IMG/VR virus record: IMGVR_UViG_3300009105_000002
Coordinates: 1-64,000 of that record
DNA length: 64,000 nt
DNA from: a virus
Reading direction: 5' to 3' (one strand)
Positions 8,986 through 19,212 of this stretch are shown piece by piece (within the stretch, counting starts at the first letter, position 1; each line of letters starts with the position of its first letter). A program made the translations under genes and the position numbers. The notes beneath the pieces are model-generated. The model saw nothing but the letters and a program-made list of their open reading frames with translations, searched no databases and was not told where the DNA came from.

Positions 8986-9183
8986 ATGTACGGCAAGGTT
9001 AAATGGTTCGACAATAAAAAAGGATATGGCTTTATTACGCCCGAAAATGGAAAAGATGTATTTGTTCATCATACGGCCATAAAGGGAACGGGATATAGGA
9101 CATTAGAAGAAGGTCAGGAAGTAGAATTTGATGTTGTCGAAGGAAATAGGGGGAAACAGGCGGCTAACGTAGAAAAATTATAA
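8986..9183 (+). CDS. cspA: Cold-shock domain protein
   Basis: GKVKWF, KGYGFI (RNP1), DVFVHH (RNP2), QAANV. Confidence 0.95.
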   Translation: MYGKVKWFDNKKGYGFITPENGKDVFVHHTAIKGTGYRTLEEGQEVEFDVVEGNRGKQAANVEKL

Positions 9184-9188
9184 ACAAG

Positions 9189-9425
9189 ATGAGCATGAGT
9201 CAGGAAAATATAATATTGGAATATCTGAAATCAGGCAAGAGCCTTACGCCTATGGATGCGCTTACTCTTTGTAATTGCTGGGCGTTATCGAGCCGGATTT
9301 CCGAGATCCGCAAAAAATACCCTTCTATAGACATACAGGTAGATACGATTCATGATGAAGCGACAGGAAAACATTATGCAAAATATTATATTCCTCGAGA
9401 GGCCCAGATGGAAATGAAATTATAA
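9189..9425 (+). CDS. Winged-helix DNA-binding protein
   Basis: ILEYLKSGKSLTPMDAL..LSSRISEIR. Confidence 0.7.
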   Translation: MSMSQENIILEYLKSGKSLTPMDALTLCNCWALSSRISEIRKKYPSIDIQVDTIHDEATGKHYAKYYIPREAQMEMKL

Positions 9426-9491
9426 ACAGGGAAGCCCCGGTACGCAAGCCGGCGAGCGGGGGCAGGGCCCGCCAACTAAAGGAGGTAGCGC

Positions 9492-9920
9492 ATGGTGAAC
9501 CAGAGACTTGCACCAAACCAGGAGGACAAAATAAGGGACATGCGGGCCCAGGGCAAGACTCCGCAGGAATGCGTGGATTATATGAAGAAAACCTACGGGA
9601 TAGACGTGCCGCTATGGAAGATAAGTTATGTTGTCGGAAAAGGCCGCGCTGGAAAGAAAAGAGCCCGAGGGGGGGGTAAGGTGAAAAAGCAATTTAACAA
9701 TAGACTCGAGGTAACCGAGGCCATGGAAAGCAAGCTCGGCATGGCTGTGCCAATCGAGGAAGCCGTAAAGGACATTACAAAAGGCATGCAGCAGATATTT
9801 GAAGGTTACACAGCCATATTCATGCACTTAAGGCTTGAAGTGATAAAAGAAGCGGGCAAGGTCTTTAGGATGGCCAAAGAGGCCGGCATAGAGATAAAAG
9901 GAGAGGACATACAAGAATAG
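9492..9920 (+). CDS. Hypothetical protein, possible N-terminal HTH
   Basis: RBS AGGAGG; basic central segment. Confidence 0.55.
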   Translation: MVNQRLAPNQEDKIRDMRAQGKTPQECVDYMKKTYGIDVPLWKISYVVGKGRAGKKRARGGGKVKKQFNNRLEVTEAMESKLGMAVPIEEAVKDITKGMQQIFEGYTAIFMHLRLEVIKEAGKVFRMAKEAGIEIKGEDIQE

Positions 9921-10133
9921 ATTACCACAGGCGCGTGAAACGCATCGCACCGTCGACCTCCTCCGAGCAAGAATAAAGATGGAAAAGTAAATAATTCGTC
10001 ATGGTATGACATATCTCGACTTACAATTATATCTAAAAAACCTGTTATGAAACAGCCTGATTTTATAGAAGGAAAGCAAGCAAAAGGAGAACAAGGTCCG
10101 GCATATAAACCGGATTTTCGATTATAAAATAAT

Positions 10134-10263
10134 GGCCGGTTGACCCTTCACGGAAATGACAGGTCCGGTAGATTGCGGTAAAGAGCGCTTCTTGTGGGAG
10201 AAGCGCCCCATAGTAAACCTCGCCGTCCGATGAGCAGCCGCAAGCAGAATGCGGAGACCGGCC
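10134..10263 (+). ncRNA. Candidate structured RNA
   Basis: Closing stem GGCCGGT/ACCGGCC with internal hairpins GCGCTTCT/AGAAGCGC and CCGCA/TGCGG in an ORF-poor gap. Confidence 0.4.
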
Positions 10264-10279
10264 TTAAGAAAGGAAAAAG

Positions 10280-10882
10280 ATGAAAGAACGCTCCATAATT
10301 ATGTGCGCAGAAGATGTAATAGCGACTCTTGAAGGTAGAAAGACGCAGACGAGGAGAGTTATTAAGCCACAGCCACTAAAAATAATCTATTGTGGTAGAA
10401 AGGTAGGGCGACCAAAGGAAGAATATGATTGGAAAAAATTAGCTACACCGAAGAAAGATTTAGTGAAGGCTTGCCCCTATGGTCAAGTCGGAAATAGGTT
10501 GTGGGTGAGGGAAAGCTATACATTAACTAATTATAAAAACCCTGTGTATAGAGCTGATTTTAAAGATAAAGATGGAATGTTTTGGAGTAGAGTAGCGATT
10601 GACCCAAAAGATGTAAAATGGTATCCTTCAATTTTTATGGCAAAAAACCTTTCTCGCATAACCTTAGAGATTACTGATGTAAGGGTGGAGAGGTTGCAGG
10701 AGATAAGCGAGGAAAATGCTAAAGCAGAAGGAACTAACTATATCACAACTTGTCCATATTGTTGTCCTAATTGTCCAACTTATATAGATTATTTCCGTGA
10801 GTTATGGAACTCCATCCACAAAAAAGAACATAGATGGGAAGATAATTGTTGGGTGTGGGTGATAACATTTAGGAGGGCATGA
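10280..10882 (+). CDS. ASCH/PUA-like phage protein
   Basis: GRKTQTRR, CPYGQVGNRLWVRE, PSIFM..SRITLEITDVRVERLQEISE, WVWVITF. Confidence 0.75.
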   Translation: MKERSIIMCAEDVIATLEGRKTQTRRVIKPQPLKIIYCGRKVGRPKEEYDWKKLATPKKDLVKACPYGQVGNRLWVRESYTLTNYKNPVYRADFKDKDGMFWSRVAIDPKDVKWYPSIFMAKNLSRITLEITDVRVERLQEISEENAKAEGTNYITTCPYCCPNCPTYIDYFRELWNSIHKKEHRWEDNCWVWVITFRRA

Positions 10883-10883
10883 T

Positions 10884-11141
10884 ATGGGATTTCCAAAGGA
10901 GATAGATCCAAAGAAAGTAGAAAAAGCAGTCAAAGATATTATTTGCGAGCAGCTCGGACTCAAGGAAGTTAAGAATGAACAGAATTTGTCAATAGACCTT
11001 AATGTTGATGAGCTTGATATGATTGAGCTTTGCATGGTGTTTGAGGAGAAATGGGGTATAGACATTAGCGATGAAGATGCAGAGAGATTGACAACAGTTA
11101 AAGATGCAGTGAATTATATTATTGGGAGGACGAAGCAGTGA
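10884..11141 (+). CDS. Acyl carrier protein homologue lacking the phosphopantetheine serine
   Basis: VKDIICEQLG..DLNVDELDMIELCMVFEEKWGIDISDEDAERLTTVKDAVNYI; canonical DSL is DEL. Confidence 0.85.
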   Translation: MGFPKEIDPKKVEKAVKDIICEQLGLKEVKNEQNLSIDLNVDELDMIELCMVFEEKWGIDISDEDAERLTTVKDAVNYIIGRTKQ

Positions 11142-11316
11142 GAAAATGTAAATCTGGATGGGATAGATCTCTTGGCACAAGTAAACGTAAGCAGGGCATT
11201 AGGACGCCAAAGGCGCCGCAGAATATTACAGGGCATTTTACAATAAGAGGAAGTCAACTTCCCAAGGAAAGCGGGCTTGCAGAATTTATAGCAAAGCTAA
11301 TAAGAAAGGAGACATA

Positions 11317-11556
11317 ATGTTTTTAAAAATAGGCAAGGCCCTGATCAATCAGGATTATATTTCGCATTGCATCGTCGATGAGGATGCAGGAAGGATATTA
11401 ATCAATCTTAAAAGCGGCGCGTTGTTCATGTTCGGGAAAACATCAGAGACATTCGATCCTCGAGGCAAGGAAAAAGGTGTGACATATTTATCAAGCGATG
11501 AGTTTTATTCGCTTCAATGTTATTTGAAAGGAGATTTTTGCCGCAATGTGGCTTAG
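11317..11556 (+). CDS. Hypothetical protein
   Basis: RBS AAGGAG, 79 aa. Confidence 0.55.
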   Translation: MFLKIGKALINQDYISHCIVDEDAGRILINLKSGALFMFGKTSETFDPRGKEKGVTYLSSDEFYSLQCYLKGDFCRNVA

Positions 11557-11690
11557 ACGCTTAATGCAATATAACTTCCGCAAGAAGGCCCGGAAGTTGA
11601 TCAGGCAATATCAAGAGCTCGAAAGGATCCATGGTAGAGGCATAAAGGAGATGAAGAAAATTCAGGCCAAACTTGGAGTAATGAGGAGAG

Positions 11691-11927
11691 TTGAAAAATA
11701 GAACGGAGCTTATTTTGGCCAGAAATAGATTACTGGAATTTAATGTTATTGAAGTCTATATCCCTCGCAAGTTCTTACTGAAGTGTCTGCGGAAGGAAAC
11801 TCTCACAAGGAAAGAAAAGACAAAAATTACCCAAAAAATGAAGGAAATAGAAAAAAATCTTTATAGGCTCAAGCATGCGGCTTCTGTCGTCGCTGTTCTA
11901 AAAGAGAAGCATTTCACTAATCTATAG
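11691..11927 (+). CDS. Hypothetical basic protein
   Basis: TTG start with GAGGAG RBS. Confidence 0.45.
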   Translation: MKNRTELILARNRLLEFNVIEVYIPRKFLLKCLRKETLTRKEKTKITQKMKEIEKNLYRLKHAASVVAVLKEKHFTNL

Positions 11928-11999
11928 GTCTTATTGTAATATTCTTATAAATATATAAACTTTATATTAGAGGCAGGAGACGTCTTGCTTCGAAATTAT

Positions 12000-12041
12000 A
12001 GGCCCGTTACCGTTCGAACGGCGGTAGCGGGCCTTTTTCTT
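12000..12041 (+). terminator. Terminator-like hairpin in leader of late operon
   Basis: AGGCCCGTTACCG/CGGTAGCGGGCCT followed by TTTTCTT. Confidence 0.7.
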
Positions 12042-12211
12042 TGGAAAGTAAAGGATGGCAGGACCGCAACCGGGCGGGTCGACCCTTGCCATCTCTGTAT
12101 ATTGTGAGTATACAGCGCTCTACTTGAGCTACGATTGCGGTAGAGATATCTTATCAAACTTTGCCTTAAATGGCAAACAATTGCATTTGTGAGGTGCGTC
12201 ATGAGACATAA

Positions 12212-13540
12212 ATGCAAAACCCCATCAAATGGCATAGCGAGAAAAGAATGATACAAGACCTCAGTTTAGCAGAATATAATCCGAGAAAAGCCACAGAAAA
12301 ACAGACCGCAGATCTCTCCGCTTCACTTGAACGATTCTCCCTGGCTGATCCAATCATTATTAATAAGAACAATAGGGTCATAGGCGGGCATTTTAGAATC
12401 AAAGTTTTACAAGAAAAAGGCACCCAGGAAATAGATGTCAGGGTGCCAAATAGAGAGCTGAACGAATCGGAAGAAAGAGAGCTTAATCTGAGGCTTAATA
12501 AGAATTTAGGGGATTGGGATATCGATGCACTATCTAATTTCGATGAGAGCTTATTGAAAGATATCGGGTTTAGCAGCGAGGAAATAGATAGCATTTTTGA
12601 TCTGAATATCAGCGAGCCTGAAGAGTTTGACATAGAAAAGGAGTTGGAAAGACTAAAGATAGAAGAGATCAGGGTTAAAAAGTGCGATATCTGGCAGCTG
12701 GGGAATCATCGGTTAATGTGTGAGAGCTCAACGAGCCTTGAGGCCTTGGAGAAGCTTGTAGACGGCCAGAGAATGGATTTTTGCTTTACTGACCCGCCCT
12801 ATATTCTTGATTATCTTAAGACAAAGTATAAGGGCAAGCCGAGCTGTAAGGGGTTTGGATATAGGGCTAACCGGAGATATCTCGAGACAGATTCCGCGCC
12901 GCAATTTAATGAATGGATACCGAATATAGCCAAACTCTTGAAAGAAAATGCCAGCATAATCATTTATGAGAACTGGAAGAATATTATACCACTATGGCAG
13001 GAGATGGAGAAGCATTGGAAGATCCGTAATTTAATCGTTTGGCATTTATCAAACCGTGTCCAGGGCTTTGCTGCGAAATATAGATTCTTCAATAAGTATG
13101 ACATAGCAATGCTCGCAACCCATGGAGATATGAATATTAACTCAGAGACCGAGGAAGAACTCTTACAGAATGAATATGAAATGGCAGTTTACGCAACATC
13201 AGGTAAGCCACACTGGGAGTCCTATCAAAAAGGCAAGAAATATTGCCCAACCGATGTAATTACTTTTAGGGCAAGCGATCGCACTCATTCGGGCCAGGGG
13301 ATAATATTCGGGACTAAGCCTGTAGAGATCTTAATTCCTTACATAAAAGTTTTGACCAAAAGAGACGATAACGTGATTGAACCTTTTGCGGGCTCCGGAT
13401 CTACGCTTATTGCCTGCGAAAGGATGAAAAGGCGTTGTTTCTGTATGGAACTGGTGCCGACTTATTGTGAAGTGATTATAAATCGCTGGGAAAAATATAC
13501 AGGGAAGAAGGCAGGATGTATAACCGCTGGAAGAGATTAA
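12212..13540 (+). CDS. ParB-N domain fused to N4/N6 DNA methyltransferase
   Basis: YNPRK..GGHFR; TDPPY; KPVEI; EPFAGSGST. Confidence 0.9.
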   Translation: MQNPIKWHSEKRMIQDLSLAEYNPRKATEKQTADLSASLERFSLADPIIINKNNRVIGGHFRIKVLQEKGTQEIDVRVPNRELNESEERELNLRLNKNLGDWDIDALSNFDESLLKDIGFSSEEIDSIFDLNISEPEEFDIEKELERLKIEEIRVKKCDIWQLGNHRLMCESSTSLEALEKLVDGQRMDFCFTDPPYILDYLKTKYKGKPSCKGFGYRANRRYLETDSAPQFNEWIPNIAKLLKENASIIIYENWKNIIPLWQEMEKHWKIRNLIVWHLSNRVQGFAAKYRFFNKYDIAMLATHGDMNINSETEEELLQNEYEMAVYATSGKPHWESYQKGKKYCPTDVITFRASDRTHSGQGIIFGTKPVEILIPYIKVLTKRDDNVIEPFAGSGSTLIACERMKRRCFCMELVPTYCEVIINRWEKYTGKKAGCITAGRD

Positions 13541-14016
13541 AAGCTATAACCAAAAGCCTGGATAACGGCGCGTCCTTAACTGCGGCATGTAAGGGTGTCG
13601 GGATACGTTTCGTCACGCTTTGGAGATGGCGAAAGGATAATCCCAAGATAGATGCGTTCATACAAAAGGCGCTCGATAATCAGATTCAGATAGTAGAGGA
13701 TGCCTTATTCAAGCGCGCCACAGGATATCGATATGAAGAAGTCACAAAGGAAAGAGAAGAAAGCGCGTCTGAAAAACGCATTGCAAAAGTAGTTGTTAAA
13801 GAGGTCCTACCGGACACCACCGCCCAGATTTTCTATCTTACTAACCGGGCTCCGGAGAAATGGAAAGATAGAAGGGCGCTTGTTAATAACACCGTAATAA
13901 ACAACCCTAAAGACAGCAAACGCAAAGACCCATTTAAAGACATACCTGTACCCGTTTTAAAAAGAATGGTTGATCAATCTGAAGGAAAAGTTGATGACGG
14001 AAACGGTAGAAAATAA
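13516..14016 (+). CDS. terS: Terminase small subunit
   Basis: HTH, VEDALFKRATGY, PDTTAQIFYLTNR; upstream of terL. Confidence 0.75.
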   Translation: MYNRWKRLKAITKSLDNGASLTAACKGVGIRFVTLWRWRKDNPKIDAFIQKALDNQIQIVEDALFKRATGYRYEEVTKEREESASEKRIAKVVVKEVLPDTTAQIFYLTNRAPEKWKDRRALVNNTVINNPKDSKRKDPFKDIPVPVLKRMVDQSEGKVDDGNGRK

Positions 14017-15499
14017 TATTATAAACGGCGCTAAATTATCTCTTGCCATAAGAGATGCTGATTCATTCTGCGAGTATGTGTTAAAAGATGATAAGGGCCA
14101 AAAGGTTACGCAGGCGTCTATTCATCGTGAGATGAATGAGCATATAGATGAATGCCGCAGACGCGGCGTAAGATGCGGCATATTGGCGCCATGGAGACAT
14201 GGTAAGACAGAACAAATTGCCATTGCCCGTACGCTTCAATTCTTAGGTGAAAATCCTAATAATAGAATCCAGATTGTAACTAATACGGATGCCAATTCAG
14301 TGTCAAGGGTGGATTCCATATCCAGATATATAGAACACGATGAAGATTATCATGAAGTATACCCCAATATAGCCCCAGGAGAGAAGGAATCCTGGTCCAA
14401 ACATAAACTCATAGTTCAAAGAGAGACAAAGATAAAAGACGGCTCTGTCGAGGCGTGGGGTATTACCACGTCCGGCACAGGTTCAGGCTGTGATTACTTA
14501 ATAGTCGATGACCCGGTAGACCTTAGGAATGCAATACTTAATCCCGCAATGCGTAAGACCGTAAAAGACTCTTTTTACAACGTATGGTCAACGAGGCTTG
14601 AGCCTAACGGATTTATGATCTATATCGCAACGATCTGGCATGAGGATGATCTAACGTCAGAGCTTTTAAAGAACCCGGAGTATTATTTCCTCGTGATGAA
14701 GATATCCCAAGACTTCAGCTGCATAGAATGCGAATCGCCGTTTAAAGGTAAGTATACGATACCGCTCTGGGATAAGTGGCCGAAAGAAAAGTTAATCGCA
14801 AGGCATAATGAAATAGGCTCGCGCGCGTTCAATCGAGGGTATAGACAGGAAGCATTGTCAGACGAGGACAGGACTTTTAACTATTACCTTAATATATTTA
14901 AGAAAGGTATCAAAATTAGTGATGTGGTTCGCCGCGACTGGCCTAGGGTGGGCGGCATGGATCCATTTGGCCAATGGGTAGTTATATTCACATTGGCATT
15001 GAGCCCTGAGGGCAGGAGATACCCGGTTGAGATCAGGCGTGGCAAGTGGGATCCTAAAGTGGCAGTAATGGAGTTGATCGATTCATATAGAATGCATAAG
15101 CATCAGATTATCTGTGTTGAAAATAATGCCGCGCAGTCTGCAATAAGGCAGTGGGCCCTGGAGAAGGGATCAGCAGGGATGCCGCTTGTGCCTTTTACCA
15201 CAGGTTCACAAAAGGCGCATCCGGAATTAGGTCTTCCAGGTATGAATGTTGAATTCGAGAACGGATCATGGGTTGTTGCGGATCCGGAGCATGGACTGGA
15301 TTGTCAATGCGCGTGGTGTATTTGGAAGATGGAGTTAAGGACACATCCTGTAAGCACGACAGCTGATACAGTAATGGCATCATGGCTTGCGCGCGAAGCA
15401 GCCAGGGCGCTTATGGCGGGAGTGTGTCAGCCTCAGGCCGAAGAGGTTGTCACTATGGAAGACGTAGGTTTAGAGCGCGTTAAAATAGGGGATTATTAA
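13970..15499 (+). CDS. terL: Terminase large subunit
   Basis: APWRHGKT (Walker A), LIVDDP (Walker B), YRQE, GMDP nuclease motif; start may be ATG 13994. Confidence 0.88.
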   Translation: MINLKEKLMTETVENNIINGAKLSLAIRDADSFCEYVLKDDKGQKVTQASIHREMNEHIDECRRRGVRCGILAPWRHGKTEQIAIARTLQFLGENPNNRIQIVTNTDANSVSRVDSISRYIEHDEDYHEVYPNIAPGEKESWSKHKLIVQRETKIKDGSVEAWGITTSGTGSGCDYLIVDDPVDLRNAILNPAMRKTVKDSFYNVWSTRLEPNGFMIYIATIWHEDDLTSELLKNPEYYFLVMKISQDFSCIECESPFKGKYTIPLWDKWPKEKLIARHNEIGSRAFNRGYRQEALSDEDRTFNYYLNIFKKGIKISDVVRRDWPRVGGMDPFGQWVVIFTLALSPEGRRYPVEIRRGKWDPKVAVMELIDSYRMHKHQIICVENNAAQSAIRQWALEKGSAGMPLVPFTTGSQKAHPELGLPGMNVEFENGSWVVADPEHGLDCQCAWCIWKMELRTHPVSTTADTVMASWLAREAARALMAGVCQPQAEEVVTMEDVGLERVKIGDY

Positions 15500-15514
15500 T
15501 GCTGCATGTTTATC

Positions 15515-15560
15515 CATTAGAAGGTATAGAGCATACATTAGAAGGTATAGAGCATACATT
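15515..15560. repeat. 21-bp perfect tandem duplication
   Basis: CATTAGAAGGTATAGAGCATA x2 plus CATT between terL and portal. Confidence 0.9.
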
Positions 15561-15572
15561 GAGAGGTGACCG

Positions 15573-17786
15573 ATGTTTGGATTAAGCATAGTCAAAGACA
15601 AAGCTCTTAAAGCGATCAAAGAAACTATGACGTTGTATCAAAGGACCTTGGAAGATATCGGGTGGATCAACCTTAGCATGGAGGATACAACGCAAGAGGC
15701 TTTTATAGGTGAAGGTTTTAAGAAAATGCTGAAGCGTTGCAAGATGTATTACTATCGCAATCCTCTTGCCGGTCATTGGGTTAACTTAACAACGGATTTT
15801 GTTTTTGGCGAAGGCGTCGGGGTACCTAAGAGTAAAGATAAAAAGATTCAAGAGGTAATAGAAAATTTTTGGAACGATCCAGATAATAAGATATCACTTA
15901 CATCTTTTATGGCACAGCATTTGTTATCGAATAAGCTTCAGTACGAAGGGAATTTATTTTTTGCTTTATTCTCAGATGAATTGGGCGACGTCCGGGTCCG
16001 CATAATGAACACTGAGGAGATATCGGATATCATTCGGGACGAAGAGGACAGGATGAGGGTTAATTTTTATAAGGTGCAGACAAAAGAAAAGAAGTTTAAT
16101 TTTTCATCTGATAGTTACGATGTATCAATGGTTAATTATAAATACTATGCTGACTGGACTAACTTAGAGCCGAACGATTTCGGAATACCGGAGAATAAGC
16201 TTATAAAAGAAGTATCCATATTTCATGTAAAGATAAATTGTGACATTAACGATAAGTTTGGCGTGCCAGAGTTATATAGAGGCATAGATTGGATTAAGGC
16301 CAATAAGGAAGCGTCTGAAGATCTTGCGACATTGGTTCGCAGCTTATCAACGCTTGCATGGAAAAAGAAGGTTAAGGGAACACCCGCCCAGGTGACAGCG
16401 CTTAAGAATGCTTTACATGCAAAGACGGACCTTACGAATATAGGCCCGGGTGCAGGATCAACGCAGATAGAAAATCAAGGCATAGATACTCAGGCCATAG
16501 ATGTAAAGGCAGGAGGAGCAAATATAAATGAAATAAGTATCAGACAGTCAAAGCTCATGGTGTGTGCGGCATCAGGCCTTTTCGAGCATTACTTCGGGGA
16601 TCCGTCAACAGGCAATATGGCCACAGCGACAACAATGGAATTACCAATGGTTAAGAAGTTCACAAAATATCAGATCATCTGGGCCGGGATATTTGATGCA
16701 ATATTACAATATCAGATTAATAAAAAGATTGAGGTAGGATTGCTGGATGGCCAAATTGAATATGATGTTAAGACGCGCAGAAATAAAGTAGAGACTAAGA
16801 TTGATAGAACGATAGATCAGGATTTCCCTCCGATATTAGAAAAGGATCCCAAGATAACAGCTGAAGCATTAGAGATAGGGAAACGTGCAAAGTTAATAGG
16901 AGACGAGACAGCGGCACAGATATTTTTGCTCGCGCTTAATCAAAATAATATAGAAGAAGAGATAGGTAAGATAGATTTTACAAAGGTTGAGGCGGTTCCT
17001 GGAGAACCAGGCAATCCAGAACCTAAGCCTAAGAAAACAGAAGAGAAAGAAATTAAGGAAGCAGTGGAAGTGGCAGACAGGAAGAAGGCAGCACGGTTTG
17101 CTAAGAAGGGTAATTATGTGTTACAGAGGATGAATGGATACAAAAAGGCTTTAGCAGGGCATTTGGTCACGCTTCAAAAGGGAATACAGCGATCGATGAA
17201 GGCCGCAGGTGATAAAGGTAAGATTGTCGGGATCGTAGAAGGATTAGACGCTCATATGATGAAATTTACAAAGGGCATGTTAAAATCTGCTGAATTATAT
17301 TATCCGATTGCGATTGATATAGGAGAAAAGTATTTGCAGTCACATTTAAAAGAGTCACAGATCACAGAGTCTATTTATGAAGCGAGTAGAGGAAATGAAA
17401 CGCTTCTTAGTCGCAGATTAGCTTGGAACAAAGGATATATTGAAAGTTCACTTGTGCCGGATATCACGGCAACGATACAAAATAGAATGAGGACTACGTA
17501 TGACACTGCAGATGATTTTTATGATGCAGTGAATAAATCAGTAGGGTCCTTTGAGGGTCGGATAGGGCAATATGCAGGGGCCTTTTGGACAGTAGAGGAA
17601 GAGGCAGTTAAAGAAGCAGGTAAAGGGACAGGGTTACAGGCAAAATTCGCAGGGGCTGATGATTCAAAAACGTGTCAGGGTTGTAATGACGCGATGGCAG
17701 GAAACCCCTGGCCAATAGATCAGGTGCCGGAACCAGGATCTCATACATGTAATGGGAACTGTAGGCACGCGATCCAAATAATTTAA
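15573..17786 (+). CDS. Portal protein fused to Mu gpF-like minor head domain
   Basis: Position after terL; C-terminal DDSKTCQGC..PGSHTCNGNCRH. Confidence 0.75.
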   Translation: MFGLSIVKDKALKAIKETMTLYQRTLEDIGWINLSMEDTTQEAFIGEGFKKMLKRCKMYYYRNPLAGHWVNLTTDFVFGEGVGVPKSKDKKIQEVIENFWNDPDNKISLTSFMAQHLLSNKLQYEGNLFFALFSDELGDVRVRIMNTEEISDIIRDEEDRMRVNFYKVQTKEKKFNFSSDSYDVSMVNYKYYADWTNLEPNDFGIPENKLIKEVSIFHVKINCDINDKFGVPELYRGIDWIKANKEASEDLATLVRSLSTLAWKKKVKGTPAQVTALKNALHAKTDLTNIGPGAGSTQIENQGIDTQAIDVKAGGANINEISIRQSKLMVCAASGLFEHYFGDPSTGNMATATTMELPMVKKFTKYQIIWAGIFDAILQYQINKKIEVGLLDGQIEYDVKTRRNKVETKIDRTIDQDFPPILEKDPKITAEALEIGKRAKLIGDETAAQIFLLALNQNNIEEEIGKIDFTKVEAVPGEPGNPEPKPKKTEEKEIKEAVEVADRKKAARFAKKGNYVLQRMNGYKKALAGHLVTLQKGIQRSMKAAGDKGKIVGIVEGLDAHMMKFTKGMLKSAELYYPIAIDIGEKYLQSHLKESQITESIYEASRGNETLLSRRLAWNKGYIESSLVPDITATIQNRMRTTYDTADDFYDAVNKSVGSFEGRIGQYAGAFWTVEEEAVKEAGKGTGLQAKFAGADDSKTCQGCNDAMAGNPWPIDQVPEPGSHTCNGNCRHAIQII

Positions 17787-17800
17787 AGGGAGGTAGTGAG

Positions 17801-19156
17801 ATGAAAAAGGTACTTGATTTTGTAATCCAGGGATCGGAGAAAGATTGGAAGGCGATCAAAGAAGCTGTTGTTGTAGGTAGTTTTGAGGAAATGAGAGCCA
17901 AGGTGGATGCGGCATTAAGCGCATCTGGATTTTTTCCAAGTGAAGACACAAATGGTAAATACATTAGTGGTGTTTATATCAGAAGCATGTTTCCCGCAAA
18001 GGTGGTTGTAAGTTATAACGGTTTTCTGTATCAAGTATCTTATTCGATAGTTGATAAGGCGGTGATCCTAGGTACGCCTAAGGAAGTCGAAGAGGCGTAT
18101 ATTATAAAGGAAAGCATTGAGGAAGATTTAAAAGAAGCAAAAATAAAAAAGATCAGAGAAGCAAGAGATGAAGATGTTATGGTACTTGATTTTATAAGTC
18201 TTAAAGAAGCAAAATGGAATGATGAGACAAGTGAAGTTGAAGTAGTGTTGATTGAGGCCGGGACTAACCTCGAGAAGAAGCGACATTATCCCGTTCAGAC
18301 AATAAAAGAGGCGGCCTCGAGGTTCTCTGGCCTTAAGATGTATATAAATCATCCTACCAGGGCAGAAGAGAAGGAAAGGCCTGAAAGAGATTTAAAAAGT
18401 TGGGCATCTACGATCGTGGAGTCACGATTTGAAGGTGGAAAGGCTGTAGCGCGCGTTTCAATACACGATGCATGGCTTCGTGAAAGGCTGAAGGATCCTG
18501 TAGCAAGGGAGCATATCGGCCTTTCTATAAATACGGGCGGAAAGATCTCCATTGGTAAAATTGGAGGTCAGGAAATGCAGATAGTCGAGAAAATAGTCTT
18601 TGCACGGAAAAGCGGCCTGGCCAGTGTGGACTGGGTGACAGAGCCCGGAGCAAGAGGACGCGTTAGTCGGCTACTGGAAAGCAGAACGGAGGATATTAAT
18701 ATGGATTGGACGACAGTAACATTAAAAGAAGTCAGAGAGGCAAGGAAGGATCTAGTCGAGGCAATTATTAAAGAGGCCATCGAACCGATTCAGGCAAAGC
18801 TTACCAAAGCCGAGGCTGATTTGAAAGAGGCTATTGAAAAGATTGCAGACTTTGATAAGAAGCAGAAGACCGATGCGCAGTCAGTATTGGTTGAAGCGTC
18901 TTTGAAAGAGTCAAAGGCCCCTGATGCAGTAAAGGACAAGGTCAGAGATCACTTTAAGGTCAACCTCATAGAAGGATCTGAGGCAGATCTTAAGGAAGCA
19001 ATAGGCAAGATAGTAAAGGCCGAGCTTGATTATGCAAATAAGCTAAGCGGAAAGGGTAAGATAAGTCTTGGGGATAACCAGCCTGGTGACCTTAAGGAAT
19101 CTATCCAGAACGACTTAGATGCAAGGGCCGGCATAGTAAAAGAAGAGAAGAAGTAA
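17801..19156 (+). CDS. Prohead protease/scaffold
   Basis: MYINHP, GLSIN, SVDWVTEPGARG, C-terminal coiled coil. Confidence 0.75.
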   Translation: MKKVLDFVIQGSEKDWKAIKEAVVVGSFEEMRAKVDAALSASGFFPSEDTNGKYISGVYIRSMFPAKVVVSYNGFLYQVSYSIVDKAVILGTPKEVEEAYIIKESIEEDLKEAKIKKIREARDEDVMVLDFISLKEAKWNDETSEVEVVLIEAGTNLEKKRHYPVQTIKEAASRFSGLKMYINHPTRAEEKERPERDLKSWASTIVESRFEGGKAVARVSIHDAWLRERLKDPVAREHIGLSINTGGKISIGKIGGQEMQIVEKIVFARKSGLASVDWVTEPGARGRVSRLLESRTEDINMDWTTVTLKEVREARKDLVEAIIKEAIEPIQAKLTKAEADLKEAIEKIADFDKKQKTDAQSVLVEASLKESKAPDAVKDKVRDHFKVNLIEGSEADLKEAIGKIVKAELDYANKLSGKGKISLGDNQPGDLKESIQNDLDARAGIVKEEKK

Positions 19157-19212
19157 ATCCCGCCTACGTAAAGTCGTAGGAAGATTACTTTAAAACGGAG
19201 GATTAAAAGATC

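Noticed and set aside
9920-12211. tRNA genes in structured intergenic gaps
   Set aside because: No cloverleaf with T-loop, anticodon arm and acceptor stem could be built by eye
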